From assembly GCA_043228905.1 (NCBI GenBank), contig JBHGNT010000017.1, positions 1,798,001 through 1,862,000 on the forward strand: 64,000 bases of DNA, read 5' to 3'. Source of the DNA: Azolla caroliniana. Lineage: Eukaryota; Plantae; Polypodiophyta. This document shows positions 38,482-52,400 of the stretch, in pieces. Made by a program: the position numbers and the translations under genes. The notes beneath the pieces were generated by a model, which was given only the letters and a program-made list of their open reading frames with translations, was not told the DNA's origin and ran no database searches. The first letter of the stretch is position 1, and each line of letters begins with the position of its first letter.

Positions 38482-38662
38482 CAATGGGGACAACCTCATG
38501 GCTACAAACTATAAGTTTTTTTATAATTACAATATATTTGCAAGTTTTACTGTAACACATTTTCAGTTTTAGAATGGGGACAACCTCATGGCTATTTAAC
38601 TGTAAGTTTTTTATAATTACATTATATTTGCAAGTTTTAATGTAACACATTTTGAGTTTTAG
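38482..38662. repeat. ~90-bp tandem duplication
   Basis: AATGGG(G)ACAACCTCATGGCTA...TAACACATTTTxAGTTTTAG occurs twice. Confidence 0.85.
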
Positions 38663-38955
38663 CATTTATATCATGTGATGAAATATATATATATATATAG
38701 ATATATAGATATATATATATATATATATATAGATATATAGATATATCTATATACGTGGATGCCGAACTGAATTGTTCCACCATGTGCCAAATCACAAATT
38801 GGATTGCATATTATTGCACTGTTGTAGAAATTTTACATCACTGCCTTGCTATCAACAATGATCTATCCACAACAGTTGCATTAAATTATAAGATCAGTAG
38901 ACATTCCCTTAGCCAAGGGAAATGTTGGAATATTTGAGATAATGTAATGAGATTT

Positions 38956-40671
38956 CTAGACTATGGCAATGGCACCTTCATCATCATTCACTTCATCTTG
39001 CATATGAACACCTGCATATATGTTACTGATGCAAACATATGCAGCTGCATTGTCTCCATCTAATTGTTCTAGATGCTGGAATATCCATCTGCCAAGGTCC
39101 AGATTTATCCATTGTCTGCATGCAGCCAATAGAGCCAGCAATAATTGAAATCGATTAAAAGGTAAAACCTCTTCAATCAAAATCATCGCCTTATCAAAGT
39201 GTCCAGCCCGACTAAATAGATCAACCATGCAAGTATACTGCTCTAAAGTTGGAATTAAGTAGTATTCAATGGTCATAATGTGGAAACACATTTCTCCCTC
39301 GGCCACTAGACCTGCATGATTACATGCTGTCAACAAAAGAAGGAATGTGATATCATCTGGCTTGCTACCTTGCTCTACCATTTTATGAAATGCATTAAGA
39401 CTTGCTTTGACCTGACCAATCTGAGCATATCCAGCAATCAATGCATTCCAGGCGATGGTGTCTGGTATGGTAAGATCATCAAACAATTCTTGTGCTTTCG
39501 AAAGTGCACTACATTTCACATACATGTCTATCAATGCAGTGCCTAGTGTAATATCTTTCTTCAACAAGTTGTTGCTTATCTTTGCATGAATTTCCTTTCC
39601 CTTTTCAACTGACACTATGTTCCCACAAACTTTTAAAATGCTTGAAAATGTGAGAAGATCAGGTGAGATTCCCTCTTCTTGCATCCTTGAAAAGCACTTC
39701 AAAGCTTCATTGCTGAATTCATGTTGAGCATAGCCAACTATCAAAGTAGTCCACGTGACAACATCCCTTGCTTCATGGACATCAAATGCTTCTTGTGCTT
39801 TTGCAATTGCACCACATTTGACATACATGTCCACCAATGCATTGCCAAGCATGATATTTTTTTTCAGTTTCTCTTGCTTGGCGATCTCAACATGTATCTC
39901 TTCTCCTTTCTGAATCGATCTTATGCTACCACATGCTTTCAAAATGCAAATGTAAGTGACCACATTTGGGCAAATTCCTTCATCTTGCATCCCGATGAAG
40001 CAATCTAGAGCTTTATCAACAAACCCATGTTGAGTATACCCAGCAATCATTGCAGTCCAAGTTACAACATTCCGCACTGGAAGCTCTTCAAACACTCTTT
40101 CTGCTTTTCCTATCACACCACACTTCATATACATATCCACCAATGCAGAGCCAAGCGCAAAATCCTTTTCCAATAGACCTTGCTTCAATACCTCACTGTG
40201 TATCTCTTCGCCTGTCTGGATCAATCTCAATATACTGCAAGCTTTTAAAAGGCAAGTGAAGGTGATTGCATTAGGCAACAATCCCTTTTCTCTCATCTGT
40301 CCAAAGCATTCCAAAGCTTCATTTCCGAGCCCATTCTGCGCATATCCAGCAATTAATGCTGTCCACGAAACGGTATCTTGTGCTGGGAGCTCTTCGAACA
40401 CCTCTTTTGCCAAAGAAAGGGAGCCACATTTAGCATACATACTAATGAGAGCAGTGCCAACATTAACATCTTTTTGAATCAATCCGCGCTCCCGGATGTT
40501 AGTATGTATCTTTATGGCTTCACAGAGGTTCTTCTGTTTCCCACACAGCTTGATGGAATTCAGAAGTGCTGCTCGAGAGTCAATATAATGAATTCTATGG
40601 AGTTTTGCGTAATCCGATCCTTTTAATACTGCCGGCGTCTCTTCCACCAAAGGTAAAGGGCAAGTCTCCAT
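38956..40671 (-). CDS. PLS-class pentatricopeptide repeat protein with E-domain C terminus, no DYW
   Basis: Repeated P-L-S triplets (GTALISMYAKCG / VSWTALIAGYAQ / PNAITFTCLLKAC), P2-L2-S2 (ACNHAGLV, YTCMVDLFSRAG) and E-like LLAACR..AAAYVCISNIYA. Confidence 0.93.
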   Translation of the reverse strand: METCPLPLVEETPAVLKGSDYAKLHRIHYIDSRAALLNSIKLCGKQKNLCEAIKIHTNIRERGLIQKDVNVGTALISMYAKCGSLSLAKEVFEELPAQDTVSWTALIAGYAQNGLGNEALECFGQMREKGLLPNAITFTCLLKACSILRLIQTGEEIHSEVLKQGLLEKDFALGSALVDMYMKCGVIGKAERVFEELPVRNVVTWTAMIAGYTQHGFVDKALDCFIGMQDEGICPNVVTYICILKACGSIRSIQKGEEIHVEIAKQEKLKKNIMLGNALVDMYVKCGAIAKAQEAFDVHEARDVVTWTTLIVGYAQHEFSNEALKCFSRMQEEGISPDLLTFSSILKVCGNIVSVEKGKEIHAKISNNLLKKDITLGTALIDMYVKCSALSKAQELFDDLTIPDTIAWNALIAGYAQIGQVKASLNAFHKMVEQGSKPDDITFLLLLTACNHAGLVAEGEMCFHIMTIEYYLIPTLEQYTCMVDLFSRAGHFDKAMILIEEVLPFNRFQLLLALLAACRQWINLDLGRWIFQHLEQLDGDNAAAYVCISNIYAGVHMQDEVNDDEGAIAIV

Positions 40672-41899
40672 ACTGTTGTTTTGGCTTTCTGTCTGCTATT
40701 CTGGTAAAGAGCAAGGCTCCATCATGATATCATGATGTCTCAATAGAAGAATTAGTTAGAATGAAGATATCTTACCTTGATTCTTCACAAGACAGGAACT
40801 TTGTCATCAGGATTCTACGAGAGGTATGTCATAATTCTAAGAAAGGTAGATCATTTTCATATGCTAAGATGGAGCACAAAATGCCAATAAACGGGCTTCC
40901 CATGTATATGTAGTGGTTCCTTCGTGTAGGGAAAAGCTCTTTTAAGAATTTCCATGCAAGAAAATGATTGCCCATCTGCACGGACAATTTCTTGATGATT
41001 TCAACAGAGCAGGAAGAGAATTATCCAAGAAGCGAATGTTCTCGTTTGTATGCATCCGTTTTTCCTTATCGTAAGAGAAGAGGGGATGAGATCCTACAAG
41101 AAAAGCTGCTCCCTCATCTGCAGGCGTGAATCCGTTTTGTAGTAGAAGGGACGAGGCAAAGGGGCTCTGAGGTTTGAAGGCCCCATGGTTTCTTGAGGCA
41201 GGAGAAGAGAGGAGAGGAAGCTCGGGCGAGGCTTCAGCGATTACACAGATAAAGTGCTCAAAGGAAGTAGATAGAATAAATAAAACTAAATCATAATAAT
41301 AAGTTATACTTATAACTAAATAATAATGATAATAGCTAAGAATTAGGAATTAAGCATTAAGCATTAACATTTAACATTTAACATTTAATGATTAATAATG
41401 CTGATGGTGATGATAATAATAACTAAATTCTGATCCAAATGTAAAAGAGATTGCCGCCCATCCGTGACCTTTACCTCACTCTCTCTCAGCTCCGGCAAAA
41501 TCCCCTCAAAATGTAGCTCTTGATTTGAAGACAAAGAAGGTTTTTGTCGCAATTTTTCGTGCACAAGATGGGTTTCGTTGGGATTGATATGTGGTCTTTA
41601 ATTGCTCATATAGTTAGAAAGAATATGACATTCTCAAATAATGTATGTTAAATGCGGTATACTATTGCAAAAGCACGTTGAGAAGTGGTTGTTATAACTT
41701 ATTCATAACCAAAAACAGGATTGAAGGCATGTTTTTTTTTTTATTTTCATAAAAAACTATCATCCATTGGTATTAAAATTAAAGTGGGCAATATACAAGA
41801 TAATCCAATATTACAACAAATATTGTATAGCCATGTCGAATGATTGTAGCCAATCTTTCTAGGTAAAGATAAATAATCTTTCTAGCCAATCTTATTCAT

Positions 41900-42070
41900 G
41901 TTCCGCATATCCAAGAAAAATGTTCATTTAGCAACCCCGTTCTTTCAATCTCAGCAGACATCGCACGTTTCTTCATAATCTCCTTGCATTGTCAGTGTCT
42001 TTGCACTTGCAATACATGTCTATAAGAGCATTGCTCACAAAGACATTCAAGTCACATCCACTTGCAACTG
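41900..42070 (-). pseudogene. PPR gene relic
   Basis: Minus strand reads ASGCDLNVFVSNALIDMYCKCKDTDNARRL, then a disrupted IFLGYAEHE. Confidence 0.65.
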
Positions 42071-44040
42071 TATGGTTATCATGTCTATCATCTTATTTGC
42101 AATAATGATGTTTGCTAACAATCCATTTTTATAATAAGGTTATTGCTTAGCACAAGCCAAGTTTCCTTCTTTTTGTATCTTTTTGTAAGAAAAAGTATTG
42201 ATTCGTTTGGAACAGTTTTTCCTTCGGTAAACAATTCCTAAAGTTCTTGAAATTCCTTGTTGATTGATCCATCTTCATGCACCTCACCAAAAGCTCCAAC
42301 AGTGCCAAAATAGTGATCCTTCTCTTGCACCTGATGGCGCTTGTTTTTGAAGGTATATCATTGTCAACCAAGTATTGAAGAGACTACCAATTGACCCTAT
42401 TGCATATACTGTCATGCACTTATTGTCTTTTTCTACTACTCGAATATTGACCACAACATTTAGAGATATACCTTCCCAATGTATCATGAGTGGCATAAGA
42501 GCATCCTCCCCACCACCCACAGTTTCAACATAACTTGAAATTAGTGTTGTTCAAGATTGAAGGCATGTTGCCATTTCAATCGGGTTAGTTTATGTGTTAT
42601 ACATATAGACTACACATTTACTGGTGGAAGTGACAAACCTAACTTGAATGGCGTAAACATTGCGAAAGCACATTGAGAAGTGCTTTTTTCATTCATTATT
42701 CGTCATTGAAAATGACAATGAAAAATATGATGTCATGCTTCTGGTTAGTGGTGAATGAAGCGCTCAAACTGTATATCCGTGGTTTATATAAACAATTTGA
42801 ATGTTACAAAAGTTGTGCTTGTTTGCATAAAATGTATAACACATTATCTAGGTTAAAAAGGTAAATTGTTGAATCATCAATGAAGTTGCTAATGATATTC
42901 ACCAACCATCCACCACATAATTGGCACCGATACACAAAAAAACTAACAAGCGGCCTAAATGTTCCACGCATTTATGCAAGCTACCATATGCACATCAATT
43001 CCTTTGCAAACTTAAAATATATGTCAATCTATAAGAAACCATCACATACATTCCATGTAAAAGAAAAGGCAAATTTTCCAATGTAACATTCCACCTACCT
43101 AAAAACAATAATATCACTTGGTGTAGTAAGAAAACATGTTGGGAAGTTTAGGTTGTCATACAAAGATAGGAAAGGCCTATATGAAAAACAAGCAAATTCT
43201 TTTAAGAAAGAAACAATTTCCGTTGGGAACCATGGAGTTTCACCACTTTCAACATATGCCTTCTACAATATATTTGACGTTCTTTTCATCAATGTTTCTT
43301 TGTTCTCCCCTATGCACTCGTTACTTTAGTTTTGTAATATGAGACAAGAAAGATTCAAATATTGTGACAATATTTCGATTAATAGGATTGGATGTTCCCA
43401 ACCTATGTCGTCGTATCACCTCAATGTAAAGAGCTAATAAGAGAAACTATAATCCCATGCAACTACATGTTGATGTTGATGAGGTCATGCATGAACATGG
43501 AACAATGATTAAATATTATGTATGATGTCTCTTGACAAGAGATTTATTGTTGTAAAATGAGACATTTATCTTTGTAATCAATAAGTATTCGAATATATTG
43601 GACAAAGGGTTGCCAAACCATGGCGTCAAGAGTTCAATATACCTAATACTAATTGTGCAATTCTCAATGACATATTTTCTGCTCTCTCTCTCTCTCTCTT
43701 TATTGGACTTGTGATTCTCCATTGAATAATGACTAAATCCGTGGAGATACATGCCCCTTTCTACTCCATATATACCCTATTGGACTTGTCATTTAGATGA
43801 TTCCACAACTTTTAAGCTTTTTAGAGACTTTTAGAGTCTCTTAAATTAAAGTCTTTGCAACATTTAATCATATAATTAAATAAACCCTCACTAATGAAAC
43901 TTTGAAACCATCGAATGTTTAAGTGTTTGGAATATTTCTCAAAGTTACATAGATGGCATAACACAACAATGAGCAATAAAGCTATGATATGTTGTTGACA
44001 CTTGCTCATTTTCTCTCATATCATTATTCATGACATGATT

Positions 44041-44262
44041 ACTTATTTTGTGGGGAAAAAAGTGGTGTGTAATTATTCTCTAGCCAAACTAACCTTAGTT
44101 TTGGGGTTATGTATTGACGTGATTTTCACATGTGATTAGGCGCCCAACTACTTATTTTGTGGGGAAAAAGTGATGTGTAATTATTCTCTAGCCAAGATAA
44201 CCTTTGTTTTGGAGTTATGTATTGACGTGATTTTCACATGTGATTAGGCGCCCAACTACTTT
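44041..44262. repeat. ~108-bp tandem duplication
   Basis: ACTTATTTTGTGGGGAAAAA...TTCACATGTGATTAGGCGCCCAACT occurs twice. Confidence 0.9.
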
Positions 44263-44989
44263 TGACAACATGAGAGAGAAGAGGAGAGGGAGGGAGGGAG
44301 AAACAATAGAAAGATGGGTTATTTGATGGTAATAAATAATAAGATGGGTTATTTGATGGGCACTAGTTGTGCACAACAATAATGTATATCATAAGATGAT
44401 TGACGATAGAGCTTAGCTATGATGAAGGTTTCACACACATGGCACAATCCTTGTCGTATACAATGGTGGCATCGTGTTTTTGGGTATAAGATTGCATTGT
44501 TGTCTTCCATTTTGTGCGGAAGTATTTCTATAGTTGGCAAGCAATGGAGGGTGGGTTGCCTATAAGAGCATTAAAACATTAACACATTTCCAATGGGGCA
44601 TGTTTTTTTTGTACAATGATTGAGGAGGATGCCAAGCCATTTTTCCTTATATGCCCCATTGTTAATGAAATTTGGGTTATTTTTTTTGTACAATGAGCGA
44701 GGAGGAATCATTAATAGGGAATGATTTATCATATTTTTTTTGGAATTTCGTTCCGGGAGACGACACTTTTTTCCTAATTATCATATAAGGTTGTTTTTTA
44801 CTATCCTAGGTATTGGGGTATGTGGTATTATGTATAATTGGAGTTTGAGAAATGGGTTCTTGTTTGATGGTTTCCATGGAGACAACACCTCCTGAGTCCA
44901 TAGGTTAAAAGCAAATTTGATATAAATTTCGCAACTACCATTCCATCCACTTTATATATTTGAATACAATGTTTCCAATGAATACCTTG

Positions 44990-46264
44990 TCATCCAACAT
45001 TTTGTTATTGAACATTGTGCATAATGAGTGTTGCCGATTTCACACATGAGAATATTGCCTACATGATAGTGATACTCTATGGAGGAAACCCTTTTTATGG
45101 GAATGGATATGTAAAAACGTACTAGATTCATCCTTGTAGAAGTTGCTAAGGTGGAACCCCATTGGAAGTTATGGGTATATGGTTGTCGTCCCCTTGTTGA
45201 ACTAGAATGGGACCCAAGGGATTTCAGGTGGAAACATGATGGCAGATTTCGCCATTTCTTTGCGTACAACACTAAACTGGGCCGGACTTTTCAACTGTAG
45301 CTAGGCAACCCCTTACGCAATGGTTGGCGTACATTGGGCATCCCTGATGAGGTGCTCATTACTGTTTGGAAGGGTCTCTAGTGTCTCCACATGCTGGAAA
45401 AGATAAAGTTTTTTTAGTGGCAAATCAGTCATAATGTGGTTCCCGCTGGCAAATGGCTAGGTAAACGTGGCGGCCCACTAGGCTGCCCACTTTGCCATTC
45501 ACCTATTGAGACTCTGAGGCATTGTTTATGGGATTGCCCTCAAGCTCAAAAGGTATGGGATAGAGTGACTCGCCTCCTTGCGGCATGTGAAGTGGAAGGA
45601 ACAACATTGTGGAGTGTTGTGGCATGGATTGATCACTCTGATGATTGGTGGACGGACGCCTTTAATGCGGATAGTTGGTGCTACATATGCATGAGAGGCA
45701 AAATTGCCAAGATTCGATTTGAGAGAGTCTTGCAGTCCGCATCCCCTAGGTTCCCGGAAATTTGGATGTTGATCGCAGGCTTCACCCAATGGTATGTATG
45801 GAAAGCGCATTGTCTAAAGGTCTTTCAGGATCTGGTGCGGCCCCCGGAGGAAGTGATCATGGACATATGGTTTGCGCTTATCAACTGCCTATGAGGGCAA
45901 TTGGACGAGGTTTGCAACCATTCCAATGACGTGGTCACTGCCCGTTTGCACTTTTGGCAGAAATGGCGGAACACGCCTATGGTGACACAAGGAGGAAGTG
46001 GCCCGAGGTGGAACTACCAGTCCCCACGCTGGTTGTTTCCGACTCACTTACCACCCTCCCTTTGTTGTCGGCCCCAAGAGTTGTCTCGTACTAGTCAACA
46101 CTGAAGGGCACCGTTTTTAGCTATAGGTACTTACATTAAGTAGTCTCATTTTCTTGAATTTGATCGGAGGGAGATTCCCCAATCTATGTATAAGCCTCCT
46201 TGTAGAGTCTCTTTGTAATAATCCTTCCTAACTAATGGGAAAGTAGCTTCATTTTGGAAAAAAA
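44990..46264 (+). mobile_element. L1-like LINE ORF2 3' fragment (zf-RVT), degraded
   Basis: CPLCHSPIETLRHCLWDCPQAQKVW and WYVWKAHCLKVF motifs with stops; ends CTAATGGGAAAG..TTTTGGAAAAAAA like the 27.8-kb copy. Confidence 0.75.
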
Positions 46265-46451
46265 GAAGAAGACCAAACACTCAAACCTTTATGGTGAAAT
46301 GAATTAAAATAATTTGTATAATTTTGTCACTATAATATTTCACATCCTCTTGTGGGGGTTCTATGTAAGGGTATGTTGATGTATTGACATATTTAAGTAA
46401 GGATCAACAATAAGACTAACAAAATAAATTAGAGAGACAAAGAGAGAGAGA

Positions 46452-48270
46452 GAAAGAAAGAAAGATATATTAACGTCTTCTAAGGCCAAATTTGGCCCAT
46501 GAGACAAATAGGTTACAACAAAAATGAGTGTTTATCCAATCATCAAAACTAAAAATAAAAGAAAATAGCTTAAGTTAAGAAAGTTCTAGTAGTGTACAAA
46601 ACTTTGCACTAAGCCTAATCTCATTTCCACCCAAGTCTCTCAAAAAGAAGTGGGAGGTCAAAAGTTTTTGGTGTGGGTGTGACCCATGGTCCCGATGCAT
46701 AGAGTGCCCTAGCCATGGCTTCTAGGCGGTGTAGTTCACGTTCCCTTATTTTCTTTATTGCTTCTACATCTCGTCGAGTTGCTTTGAAACCCGGCATCCG
46801 AGGGCGTTTGGTTCTTCTTTGATTTTCTGCTTCATCAAGGAGAAGTCCTAGTGGTGCAGGTGTGTCGACATTCATTGTCTCCCCCTGTTCCTGAAAAACT
46901 TCATTTGTTATATGTTGGTAAACATTAGCAACATTATTATCAACGTTTTGTAATTTATTCTCTCTGTGTTGTTCCAATTCTAAGATGTATCTACCTAATT
47001 TCTTTATATCTAGTGTATCTAATAGTTTAGGGAGGGTGGGAGAGGAACCAAGTATGTCTTGGTATTTTGCCCTTATCTCGGCATAGGTGGGGCATTTGCA
47101 TGTAAAATGGTACGCATCCTCTATCTCTATGTGGCATAACCTACATATCCTTTCCTCCCTAGGGACTCCATTAGTACGTCCATTCTCAATCTCAAGTTGG
47201 TGAGATGATATTCTAAGTTGACCAATGGCAACCCTCAGTGCATGTGGTAAGAATACATCTAGATATTTTGGGCGCGTGATAAAACCTAACTCAGAGAAGT
47301 GCATAAAGCGTTCCTTATAGTACGACATTTTAGATGGGAGTGGCTCTAGTGGGGTGATCCATTTATACCGAGTATAAATTTGCCATATTTCTTGGCGTAT
47401 TACTTTATTACGGTCCTCATGAGAGATTAAAGTGTTATCAGTCGTGTGGTCGTACTTAAGGGGGGGGAGGTTAGTAATGTCTAGACCGTTGGCAAGAAGC
47501 CAACTCACCATCATGCCATACCATGAGCTAGTATAGCCGGACTCATACAGTGCTCGAGAAGCCTTAAAGGCTTGGTGGGATATTCTATCAAGTGGTTGGT
47601 TATGTATCCTGTGTATAAAGACTACCAGTTGAAAAAGTGCTTCTACTAACATAGGGGGTAGAGTGAACTCAGCCCTAATAATGTCATGTGGGACCGACGA
47701 TTTGCTTCGGAGTTGGCGTGATAACATCATCACCAATGGTCTCTCTAATTGCGTCCACGTGAAAGATGGTAGTCCTGGGGCCCAAACCGCTGATGCATAC
47801 ATGAGAGAGGGAGTCACTAATGAGTCAAAGAGCCACCCTTTAGTTCGTGGCTCTTGGAAGTATGCTTGGTGGCATTGTCTCTCGAGGAGTGAGAGGGATG
47901 CATGTCCTCTTGTAAGTCTATCCTTCGCTGCTTGTGTCATCGAAAATTTACCTGAGCGGGCACTGAAAGTGACTCCGAGATAGACATATGATCCAACCAC
48001 CTCAACTGGGCTATGGGAGATAGTTAGGTGACACTTAGCTCTAACTTGGGCCGACGTGTGGAAGATAAGGACTTTAGTTTTCCCTAGATTCACTACCAAT
48101 CCTCGTTGTGTGCAAAAGTCATCTAAGGCATTAAGGTGCCTTTGTAGGTCGTGTTCGGATTCAGAGAGCAAAACTATGTCGTCTGCATAGAGCAAGATAC
48201 ACACCTGCGTATCCCCAAGGACTACTCCATTGCCTCCCTTACGAGCAATAAAATCTGTGATCTCATCAAT
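46452..48270 (-). mobile_element. 5'-truncated RTE-X/L2-like LINE inserted in a (GA)n microsatellite
   Basis: Uninterrupted ORF from mid-RT (LLYADDIVL, VNLGKTKV, YVYLGV) to RISSHQLEIENGR..C..C..EDAYHFTCKCPTY; (CTTT)n tail; GA repeats on both flanks. Confidence 0.9.
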
Positions 48271-48313
<43 letters not shown>

Positions 48314-49213
48314 CCAACCTTGGAGACTAGAATAACATGGAACATTAGATAATTAAACTTTGGATGGGAGTGAAAGGATAAATCACAACATGAAGATATG
48401 TCAAGAAGAAACTAGAAAATAACATTCATGAAGTCCTAGCAATGTGAACAAGTAGTTCCTTTTATGTTCGATACAAAGAAAAAACGCATGATGAAAGAAT
48501 GGGAAATATAATAAAGGGTAATAAATCTCTCTCATGGATGCCCTTCTTACTCATAAACTATGGTTTGTGGGTTTTGTCTCATGGATGATCGATCTCATGC
48601 AAGGATCCACTACTTAAAAATCTCGAACGTCTATAAAGAACCAAGTTAAAATAAATTGTGTATCATATGTCCAACACTAAAACTATGATTGTTATTATAT
48701 ACATATTGCATATGTTCTACATCCACAAAAGATTGTAAATGGATTGACTTTGTAGAGTCTCTAAATGTTCGGTGAAATACGGGGAGCACTAAAAAAGAAA
48801 ATAAAACCACATTTTGATGTGGTGGAAAAGTGGGCATTATCGACATGTTTCAACGTCGATTACAAGTCTAACAAAAGAATGGTTCCAAAGTGTATCGAGA
48901 TTCCTACTAATGTCCTAACCTATTGTCCATCCACGACCTAACACGAGCATGGTTGTTTCGTAAGGTAGAATCGGTTCGTCACAAAACAAGACTAAGCAAT
49001 GCATAGCTTTTGAGATAACCGCACAATCCTTCCGTAAGGCATGCACGATGGGATCCTTGTAGGTCCATCAATGAAAAAGCTGAAGAAGGTCTCTCCATCC
49101 CTATGGAACCTCATCATAAGTCACTAGGTAGTTATTCTGAGTTTCCTTGTAGTTATTCTGACCAAAAAACAAAGGAGATGACATAGGACCTTAGGTAAGC
49201 AAACTATGTGATA

Positions 49214-49272
<59 letters not shown>

Positions 49273-49445
49273 CAGTGTACTATTCACTAATAAAGAATAG
49301 CATTCAATCGTGGCGAAAAAGCCATGTGAGTGTCTGTATAGTTATATTTATAGAGAGTTTGTGTGTATTTAGAGACGGACACACAGAGCTAGACATACAG
49401 ACATATTTATATACACATCCATTGTTCATCAAAATCTCTCTTGAA

Positions 49446-52400
49446 ATGCCTCAGTTCCATCTCATCACGATATGCCCTTCTCATTATTGTGAGAAGGTGA
49501 GAGAGTTAAATGAGAGATAAATTTTCGTTTAATGAGCGAGCAAGGATTTTTTTCAACGGCTTTCGTTTCTTTGTAGATTGATTTGGCTTGTTTTATTTTT
49601 ATTTTGTAAAAGGCAAGATGGGCCCTGGTCAGATCTGCTGCTTCCTTCAAAGAGTCTCCACATGTCCCTGCTCTGCATCTACTCTTTGTGAGGTGGGCAT
49701 TGTCATGTTCATATCTATAATGTGTTATGCATGATCATTAAACCGAGTTAATTTCCCAAGTTTCTTTGTTTTTTTACCATAATTTCAAATTCTTAATGAA
49801 GAAACTTGAAGCCGTTTTAAATCATTACGATCATGCATCCAAATCAATGTCTATTTAGAAATGTTAACCTAATTTAAATTCAAATTTTCCCAATTATATA
49901 ACCTACATATCTTGATGTGAGCCATAGCAATTATATAAGATGAGCCATGGAATTTATATAGCTTTTGCGGGATATGTGCATCTCTTGTGATGGCATTCAA
50001 CATATACTGCAGCCATCATGAGCTCACAGTTGAAATTATGGATTTTGACCAAAATCAGCAGATCAAGTTTACCATAATTCTAAAGAGAGGCCACCATATT
50101 AGAGATTAGTACATCATTGCGTAATTATGCTTATCTACTCTTCTTCTTTTGCCAATTAAATTAGTTAATTGTAAATTCAAAATGATCCATGCTAATTAAT
50201 TAGCAACTAATGATGCTTTTTTTCTGCTAGTTAAAACAATATTTTGATGGAGTCACATTTTAGGAATTTCATAAGCTTTAGTGGTATTTTGGGGATATGA
50301 AAACCTGATTGGCATTTTTTGAATTTTTTAAAGTTGCATTTTGGAAACTTTGTAAGCTTGAGTGGCATTTCAAGAATTATGGTAAGCTTGAGCTATGGCA
50401 CTTTGGGAATATGGTAAACTAGTTTGGCATTTTGATTATTTTCACTACAAATGATACCTTTTGACATTCAACATGTAAGATTTTCTCATACATGAACTCA
50501 CAAGATAGATTTGATCCCTTTTGAATGTAATGACATTCACTCAAGCTTGGGATCTTATGAATTTGTGATTTTTTTTTCCCTTTTGGATTTTAGGAAGCTT
50601 GGTGGTGGTACTAGTGTGCCAAAGCTTATCATTACAGAGGATGGCCAAGAACCAAGAATATTGCATGATTCTGGAGACATTTTGGCTTTCACTGATACAC
50701 TCATAAAAGATGAGAGCAACCGGCTTTATCCGATAGATAAAAAGGAAGAAATCTCTAATTGGGGTAATGATATCATTCAATCATTGTTGGAGGAAAAAAC
50801 ACCACAAAAATGCTCTTAACATTTTCAGATATTTAATGAAAACACCTTTTGTTTTTCAAACATTACTATGATATTCATTGAAGTGGTAGGGACATTTGGG
50901 TATCTGTATTTCCATTTATTTCATTGACCCTTCTCCATTTTGGTATCTGTGTTTTATATATCTTTGCGTAGTTTTCCAGCAATAAATATGGCCTGCTTTG
51001 ATGTTGTAGAGGTTCAGTTCAATAATGTTCTCGGACCACATGTTCGACGATGGGCATACTGCTATATTTTGTACCATAAAGGGCTCTTTCCAGTAATTAG
51101 TCATGGTGAGTAGTGCAAAGATTTTTTGAAATTCTTGTTAACTCATGTCCAATTCTAGCTAAATTTACTTGATGATTAGCATCATCAATTTATTGGGTAA
51201 AAAAGTAATATCCCATGAGGGCAGATTTGTGCATGAGTTTTCAGGCTCTGTTGGAATTTATTGATTGTAACTTCAGTAGTTTTGAATTCCTGTGTATTGA
51301 AGTCTTATAAAATCGATTTAGTAGGGGAAATTATTTTTAGCATGTGGGTGTGTGTTTTCATAGGTGCTTCTACAGCAGAAAAAATAGCTACCTTCCTCCT
51401 CCTGCCATTGCTAAGATTTGCAATCTACAAATCAATGGGATGTGGAAAAGAGAATGCAAAGGAAATTTCTTTACGCAAAATCACTGAAATTTTTCTTAAG
51501 GTAAAAACTTTGAGCTTTCACTCTATCTTTTCTCACACTGTTGGTATACTCACACTATATTCCATCCAATTTAGAGTTTGACAAAAAAGTGCTCCTTACT
51601 AAAACTGTGGTCGAATTTTTAAACTTTATATCTGTAAAGCGAACATTAAAAGATAATAAAAATATATAAAAATCTCCACTGAAGTCTTATAAATTGATGG
51701 TATTGTACTGCAAAAGGATACTATGGTAGTTTCTTATAAAGTTAAGAGCATTCTAGTGAATATCCAGCAAATTAAGGATATTGGTGTTTTCCATGAACAA
51801 GTAGTAAAGAACAATCTCCCCAAGATTGTGTATCCAAATTATGAAATAATGCTGGGATTGTTACAGGTAGATGAGGCTCTTGCTGATGGGAGACCATTCA
51901 TCTGTGGTGAGAAATTTACAGCCGCAGATTTAACCTTTGCATCACTTGCTGCTCCAGTTATACTGCCTAAGGGGTGAGTATTTTACAAGTTATTTGTAAG
52001 TTGACACATCTGTGTTTATTTTATCTATTGGTGGGATTGAATTTAGAATCCTTGTGGCTTTTCAGATATGGAAGCAGGTTGCCAACTATTGAAATGTGTC
52101 CTCCAGAAATGGCTGAAAAAATCAAACAATTAAGAGAGACACCAGCTGGAAAAGTGAGTTTTTAAAAGTTGAAACAAACTCTGAAATTTCCGGCCCAGTT
52201 TGTTCAATACGCTGATATAGTATGTGCATTTGATGCTAAGGTTTTATTTCCCTTCCAGGTTTTTAAATACAGTGTATTATGAGGTGTGGTTGTTGAAAAG
52301 GAAAAAAATGATTGATTATGTTAAGATATTTTAAAAGAGACCAAAATTGGTCCCACTCCAGCCAAAATTAAAAATGGTAATTTTGACCCTTAATGTCATC

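Noticed and set aside
48271-48345. N terminus MFHVILVSKVGLSLSLSL of the 574-aa ORF as a domesticated RT gene
   Set aside because: It derives from flanking DNA and the (TC)n repeat that happen to be in frame with a 5'-truncated LINE.
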